Notes under the pieces: generated by a model | Database searches by the model: none | What the model was told of the DNA's origin: nothing | What the model saw: only the letters and a program-made list of their open reading frames with translations | Assembly: GCA_963675665.1 (NCBI GenBank) | Contig: OY776510.1 | Coordinates: 3,008,001 to 3,072,000, forward strand | Length of the DNA stretch: 64,000 bases | Direction of reading: 5' to 3' | Source of the DNA: Spirochaetia bacterium | Lineage (GTDB): Bacteria; Spirochaetota; Spirochaetia; UBA9216 | Part shown: positions 59,068 to 64,000 of the stretch, in pieces | Layout: each line of letters starts with the position of its first letter | Position numbering within the stretch: position 1 is the first letter of the stretch | Position numbers and translations under genes: made by a program

Positions 59068-59898
59068 ATGAAAATAAGTGTACTGATTGAAAATACTACA
59101 TATAAAAAGGATATTTTAGCAGAGCACGGTTTGTCGTTATTTATAGAAACAGATAACTGCAAAATTCTTTTTGATGCCGGGCAGACTGATGCATTGATAA
59201 AAAATGCTGAAACAATGAATATTTCTTTAGCCGATATTGATTATGTGGTAATAAGTCACGGCCATTTTGATCATACCGGAGGCTTGCCTCAATTCTGCAG
59301 AATCAATAAAAAGGCGGAAGTGTATATTCACCGGGACTCTTTTGGAGATTTTTACGGTGAAGATAAAGATGGATTGTCTGACGGTTTAAAAACAGGTATC
59401 TTATGGACAGAAAGAGAAACTGAAGAAACAAGAGACAGATTGTCATATACAGCAGGCCCATATTGGATTAACGACGATATGGTTATTTCAGGAACAATTC
59501 CCGATACGATTAGAGCTGAACAAACTGAAAAATTTCTTGTTAAAAAAGATAAAGATAAATACATAAAAGACAATATGGATCATGAACAGATCCTGGTTCT
59601 CAAAGAAAAAGAAAAACTATATATATTTTCCGGATGCAGTCATACCGGTGTTATTGCGGCTGTAAATTATGCAAAATATTTTTTTCCGGAAACTGAAATT
59701 AAACTGTTTGCCGCCGGGATGCATCTTTTTAACAGCAGTTCTGATGAAAGGAAAAAAATATTCAGGAATTTATTCGAAGAAAATATTGATTATATACTGC
59801 CTTTTCACTGTACGGGATCTATGGCCATTTTTGAATTAAAAAATTACCTTGAAGACAAATGTAAAATTCTTAATGCAGGTGATTGCATCGATGTTTAA
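59068..59898 (+). CDS. MBL-fold metallo-hydrolase
   Basis: AEHGLS, LFDAG, SHGHFDHTGG, SGCSHTG, GMHL, HCTG. Confidence 0.92.
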   Translation: MKISVLIENTTYKKDILAEHGLSLFIETDNCKILFDAGQTDALIKNAETMNISLADIDYVVISHGHFDHTGGLPQFCRINKKAEVYIHRDSFGDFYGEDKDGLSDGLKTGILWTERETEETRDRLSYTAGPYWINDDMVISGTIPDTIRAEQTEKFLVKKDKDKYIKDNMDHEQILVLKEKEKLYIFSGCSHTGVIAAVNYAKYFFPETEIKLFAAGMHLFNSSSDERKKIFRNLFEENIDYILPFHCTGSMAIFELKNYLEDKCKILNAGDCIDV

Positions 59899-59975
59899 TC
59901 CATTATAAAATTCAAAGATATTAAAAAACATTATTACAACTGAAGAACATGTGTTAGAATCGATCTGGCATAATT

Positions 59976-61187
59976 ATGGAACAGTACTTAACTCACGGTG
60001 TTATTTTTCTAATAAGCATGTTGCTGATTTTAACGGGGCTTATCGAGTATTATCTGCATAATAAAAAATTGTCTAAAATACCTGTCAGAATATTGGTTAA
60101 CGGAAGCCGGGGGAAATCTACTGTAACCAGATTAATTTCTTCAGTTCTGACAGAAGCGGGGTATTCGGTTACAGCCCGAGTGACCGGGACTAATGCAATG
60201 CATATTTTGGATGATGGTTCAGAGGCGCCGGTTAAAAGAAAAGCTGGTCCGCGGATTATTGAAATAATCGATACTATCAGGATTGCAGAAAAAAGAAATT
60301 CTGATGCTGTTGTTATTGAGTGTATGGCTCTCGTTCCCGAGTATCAGAAGTTACTGGCATCAACAATGGTAAAACCGGGCTTTACGGTTATTACAAATGT
60401 GAGAGCGGATCATCTTGATGTAATGGGTCCTGAATTGAATGATATTGCCGAATCTTTCGCTTCGACAATATATAAAAATGGAAAGGTGATCGAAGCCGGG
60501 TCCGATTATATGGGCGTTTTTAGAAAAGCGGCAAAAATCAATTCGGCAGAAATTATAAGTGCAAGTAACGGAATAAACCGGGTTGATTCTGAAATAATCA
60601 AAGACCTTTCCGGTATCAGAGAGAACCTGGAAATTGTTTTGGCCCTTGGCAGGGAAATGGGAATCCCGTCAGCGGACATTTTCGCAGGCATAAAAAAAGC
60701 AAGCCATGAAAGCGGAGGAGTGTTCAAGTTTCGAATATCAGTTGGCAATATTTGTATAAATGCTTTGAATTTTTTTTCAGCTAATGATCCTGAATCAACT
60801 GAAAAACTGATAAAAATGAATATAAATCGAAATGAACCAGTCATTTTAATATATAATCATAGAGCGGATCGTGTTGAACGAGGTCTCCAGTTCTGCAGTT
60901 TTTTTAATAAATGCAGCCGATTGTATAATGTCGAAGGTATTGTTTTTATAGGAGAGGGAACTTTTCCATTTGCACGAAGGCTGCAAAAAACGGGATGGCC
61001 AAAGCATAAACTGATAAGGAAAAGAAGATTGAACAGTATAGAGAATTTCATGCAGCAAATCCTGTTGCATTTTAATATAGATAACAATACATCTGCAGAA
61101 TATTCAGTTGCAGTAATCGGTGTCGGAAACATCTCGGGCTACGGTGCTGATATAGTTGACTACTGGAACAGTTGCAAAAGGATTTAG
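59976..61187 (+). CDS. pgsB: Poly-gamma-glutamate synthase PgsB/CapB
   Basis: VNGSRGKSTVTRLI, ECMAL, TNVRADHLDVMGP, ANDPEST, RADRVER, GVGNI. Confidence 0.93.
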   Translation: MEQYLTHGVIFLISMLLILTGLIEYYLHNKKLSKIPVRILVNGSRGKSTVTRLISSVLTEAGYSVTARVTGTNAMHILDDGSEAPVKRKAGPRIIEIIDTIRIAEKRNSDAVVIECMALVPEYQKLLASTMVKPGFTVITNVRADHLDVMGPELNDIAESFASTIYKNGKVIEAGSDYMGVFRKAAKINSAEIISASNGINRVDSEIIKDLSGIRENLEIVLALGREMGIPSADIFAGIKKASHESGGVFKFRISVGNICINALNFFSANDPESTEKLIKMNINRNEPVILIYNHRADRVERGLQFCSFFNKCSRLYNVEGIVFIGEGTFPFARRLQKTGWPKHKLIRKRRLNSIENFMQQILLHFNIDNNTSAEYSVAVIGVGNISGYGADIVDYWNSCKRI

Positions 61188-61188
61188 A

Positions 61189-61635
61189 ATGCTGGAACTT
61201 TCAATCGGTCTTGGAATTTTCGGAGGGTTGTTGCTTTTTGAGTTGCTTGGATATTCACCAGGCGGTATTGTAACACCCGGATATCTTGCATTATTTATAG
61301 ATCAACCACTCAGAATCCTGGGCACTATTATTGTAGCGCTTATCACATATTTAATTATCCATTATCTGTCAAAAGTAATTATTTTATTTGGAAAGCGGCG
61401 GTTTGCATTAACCATTCTAACAGGTTTTACAATAGGCTGGTTATGGAGTTTTCTGCTTGCTGAATATGCGGTGACCAGCCAGGAATTGAAGGTTATCGGT
61501 TTTATTATTCCGGGATTAATAGCCAATGAAATGAGTAAACAGGGGATAACAGAAACTGTTTCTTCAGTTGTAATTGTTACGGCATTTGTAAAGATAGCAA
61601 CGGCAGCGGTGGGGTCTGCATTAATACTCGTATGA
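61189..61635 (+). CDS. pgsC: Poly-gamma-glutamate biosynthesis protein PgsC/CapC
   Basis: SPGGIVTPGYLAL, ILFGKRRF, IGFIIPGLIAN..KQG; start set at the ATG 1 nt after the pgsB stop. Confidence 0.95.
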   Translation: MLELSIGLGIFGGLLLFELLGYSPGGIVTPGYLALFIDQPLRILGTIIVALITYLIIHYLSKVIILFGKRRFALTILTGFTIGWLWSFLLAEYAVTSQELKVIGFIIPGLIANEMSKQGITETVSSVVIVTAFVKIATAAVGSALILV

Positions 61636-62711
61636 AGAAAAAAAGGTCTACCTTACATCTTTTTATTATGGCAGCAGTATCGCTTGTTCTTATGTTTATA
61701 TCGGAATACACTCCTTTGAAAACCAAAGATGATTTATACGAATTAAAGGTTTCAGCAGCCTTAAACATGCAGGAAAGCCTGGCGGTTATTTACAATTACA
61801 GAATAGAAAATAATATTGATTATGATGAATTAAGTGATCCGAATAAGACAGGTGTAATTGGTACCGAATATTCAGAGATTACAACAACGCTTGGTCCTCT
61901 CGAAGTAAAACGTACCACCACAAACCCTGATTTTGCTGCCCTGATGGTTCAGCTTTTTACTGATATCGGTCTGGGAAAAGGAGACCTTATTGCCGTAGGT
62001 GCATCAGGTTCTTTCCCGGCATTGGCTATAGCAGTACAGGCGGCGGCAAATGTAATGGAAATGGATGTTCTGAGCATAATATCCATAGGCGCTTCAACAT
62101 ATGGAGCTACAGATATTGATTTGACTATTGCGGATATGGAAAGAGTATTGCTGGATGCAGGATATTATAAAACAAAATCTATCGGGGCCTCTGTAGGCGG
62201 TGAAGATGATGAATTGATTAATCCGATGTTTCCGGAGGCTTCCGCAATAGCAAATAATATAATCATCAGAAACAATATTACGACTATCGATACAGATTCT
62301 TTTCAGAATGCAGTTTTACAGCGCTGCGAACTTTATAGGAATAATGCCGGCGCAAGAGAAATATCAGCTTTTATAAATATTGGCGGTGCTGAAGTTAATG
62401 TCGGCAATGGAAGCGCGGGATATCGAATGGCGGCCGGACATGTAAAAAGAATGCCTGAATTGAAAAGCAGCGTTGCAGGCGTTATCCATTATATGTTTGA
62501 AGATAATATTCCGGTAATCAATCTGCTTAATATAAAAGAGTTATGCCTGAAGTACGATATTCCTTATGATCCGGTTCCTCTGCCGATACCCGGAACTTCC
62601 GGAATATATTATAAGAGTACGCCAACAGCATATTATGTTATTATTTTAATAATCTACCTGGGCATTATGTTCGGCATAATTATCAGAAACAGGAAAAAGA
62701 ATTATGTGTAA
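61632..62711 (+). CDS. pgsW: Poly-gamma-glutamate system protein PgsW
   Basis: DPNKTGVIG.E..ITTTLG....KRTTTNPDFAA, SGSFPAL, SIGASTYGA, FINIGG, PVINLLNI. Confidence 0.88.
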   Translation: MKKKRSTLHLFIMAAVSLVLMFISEYTPLKTKDDLYELKVSAALNMQESLAVIYNYRIENNIDYDELSDPNKTGVIGTEYSEITTTLGPLEVKRTTTNPDFAALMVQLFTDIGLGKGDLIAVGASGSFPALAIAVQAAANVMEMDVLSIISIGASTYGATDIDLTIADMERVLLDAGYYKTKSIGASVGGEDDELINPMFPEASAIANNIIIRNNITTIDTDSFQNAVLQRCELYRNNAGAREISAFINIGGAEVNVGNGSAGYRMAAGHVKRMPELKSSVAGVIHYMFEDNIPVINLLNIKELCLKYDIPYDPVPLPIPGTSGIYYKSTPTAYYVIILIIYLGIMFGIIIRNRKKNYV

Positions 62712-64000
62712 TAACAGGTCAATAACCAATTATTTAATCTGTATTCTGATATTACTATTTACGGCGCAGGTAATATATTCCATTGATTCCAATACCAGTC
62801 CCGATAGTTTTACTTTTGAAAAAATCCAGACGCCGGGCGTAAGTAATACCCTGCTTGAAGACCGGGACGGATTTATCTGGGTCGGCACAGATATGGGTTT
62901 ATGGCTTTATAACGGGTATGAGTTCAAGAGTTTCACCCATATAATCCCGGAGCGGATAGATGCCGGAATGTATCAGGACCATGACGGTTATATCTGGATT
63001 GGCACCGGAAACGGTCTAATTAAATTCGATCCGCTGTCCGGAGAACGAACAACCTACAGGCATGATGATAATATTTCCGGAAGCATAAGTAACCATGTTT
63101 TTCAGTATAAAAAATATACATTTTGCGAAGATCTTTCGGGACGGCTGTGGATTGCTACGGATAACGGGTTGAATTTGTTTAATAAAGAAGACGAGTCTTT
63201 TACTGCATATACAAGTGCCAACAGCGGTATGATAGATAATTTTATCACGGCAATTATTCCGTCGCGGGACGGGCTGATCTGGGTAGCCACATTCAGGGGG
63301 CTGCAGAAATTTGATCCGGTTAATAAAGAGGTGCTGCATTATTATCCGGGCGCGCCTTTTAATATGTATGCCCTCTGTGAAGATTGTCAGGGCGACTTGT
63401 GGATTGGTTCATATCTTGACGGTTTATACAGGCTTGATTACAGGTTTTCCAGGTTTTCCGAATATAAACATATCAAGGATGATGAAACTACCATCAGCAG
63501 CAATATGGTAACCTACTTATTGAATATCAATAAGTTACCCAATCTGATGTTTATTGCGACCTTTGACGGCGGCCTGAATGTTCTGAATATTAATACAGGA
63601 AAGATTACCCACTTCAGGGATGACTTAACATGTCAGGCAAAAAACGGGATAAGCGGAGATTCGCTGGCACAAATTATACAGGACAAAATGGGATCGTTAT
63701 TTATCCTTAATGAACATGGATTTTTAAACAGGATGGATCCTGAAACAAAACGGTTTTCAACTCTAACGGCTGCCGATGACGAGTCAATAAATGTTCCGAA
63801 AGCCTCATTATATTCGGTCTGGACGGATAATGACGGAAATATTTGGATGCTGGCCGGAAGAAACAAGATCAGTAAATATAATAAAGACGATAATGCATTT
63901 GTTTATCAATACAGACTTTCTGAAGATATCCTTGGTTTGGCGGCTGTCGACAATGACAATACTATCTGGATGTCGGGCGACGGCTTTATTGTAAATGTGA
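62704..64000 (+). CDS. Partial: exported beta-propeller (Reg_prop-type) ligand-binding sensor, likely a two-component kinase or cyclase, truncated by the window end
   Basis: Missing from the ORF track (no stop). Translates MCNNRSITNYLICILILLF...LLEDRDGFIWVGTDMGLWLYNGYEF, QDHDGYIWIGT, EDLSGRLWIATDNGL; the same frame reads TIWMSGDG at 63961. Confidence 0.88.
   Translation, partial: MCNNRSITNYLICILILLFTAQVIYSIDSNTSPDSFTFEKIQTPGVSNTLLEDRDGFIWVGTDMGLWLYNGYEFKSFTHIIPERIDAGMYQDHDGYIWIGTGNGLIKFDPLSGERTTYRHDDNISGSISNHVFQYKKYTFCEDLSGRLWIATDNGLNLFNKEDESFTAYTSANSGMIDNFITAIIPSRDGLIWVATFRGLQKFDPVNKEVLHYYPGAPFNMYALCEDCQGDLWIGSYLDGLYRLDYRFSRFSEYKHIKDDETTISSNMVTYLLNINKLPNLMFIATFDGGLNVLNINTGKITHFRDDLTCQAKNGISGDSLAQIIQDKMGSLFILNEHGFLNRMDPETKRFSTLTAADDESINVPKASLYSVWTDNDGNIWMLAGRNKISKYNKDDNAFVYQYRLSEDILGLAAVDNDNTIWMSGDGFIVNV

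Overview
Bacterial chromosome segment, most likely a free-living spirochaete (inferred from spirochaete-style lipoprotein signals and an IleRS2 followed by a Tp0453-like lipoprotein). 1-15.7 kb is mostly housekeeping: pcm-like, valS, K+ channel plus cNMP-binding protein, ileS, hisH/hisF, two beta-propeller lipoproteins, FmdB. 15.7-49 kb is the main accessory block. It holds an 8-gene minus-strand operon (TPR, lipoprotein, TolC, MFP, two Ig-like lipoproteins, two RND permeases), a TetR module, and an AT-rich three-gene TIGR04255 island. It also holds a 4177-aa secreted coiled-coil protein ending in an M23 peptidase-like domain, followed by two paralogous signal-peptide proteins separated by a broken ORF tail; this is polymorphic toxin/immunity architecture. 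Right after it lies a ~500-bp collapsed, diverged second copy of the locus: a toxin fragment plus collinear pieces of the MFP, TolC and TPR genes and their upstream region. That links the toxin to the RND/TolC/Ig operon, and I propose the two form one toxin-delivery system (inference). 49-64 kb is a sigma54-controlled amide/peptide catabolic cluster, then pgsB-pgsC-pgsW (poly-gamma-glutamate) and a truncated beta-propeller sensor. No rRNA, tRNA, CRISPR array or transposase was seen. All family assignments come from motif recognition, not database searches.
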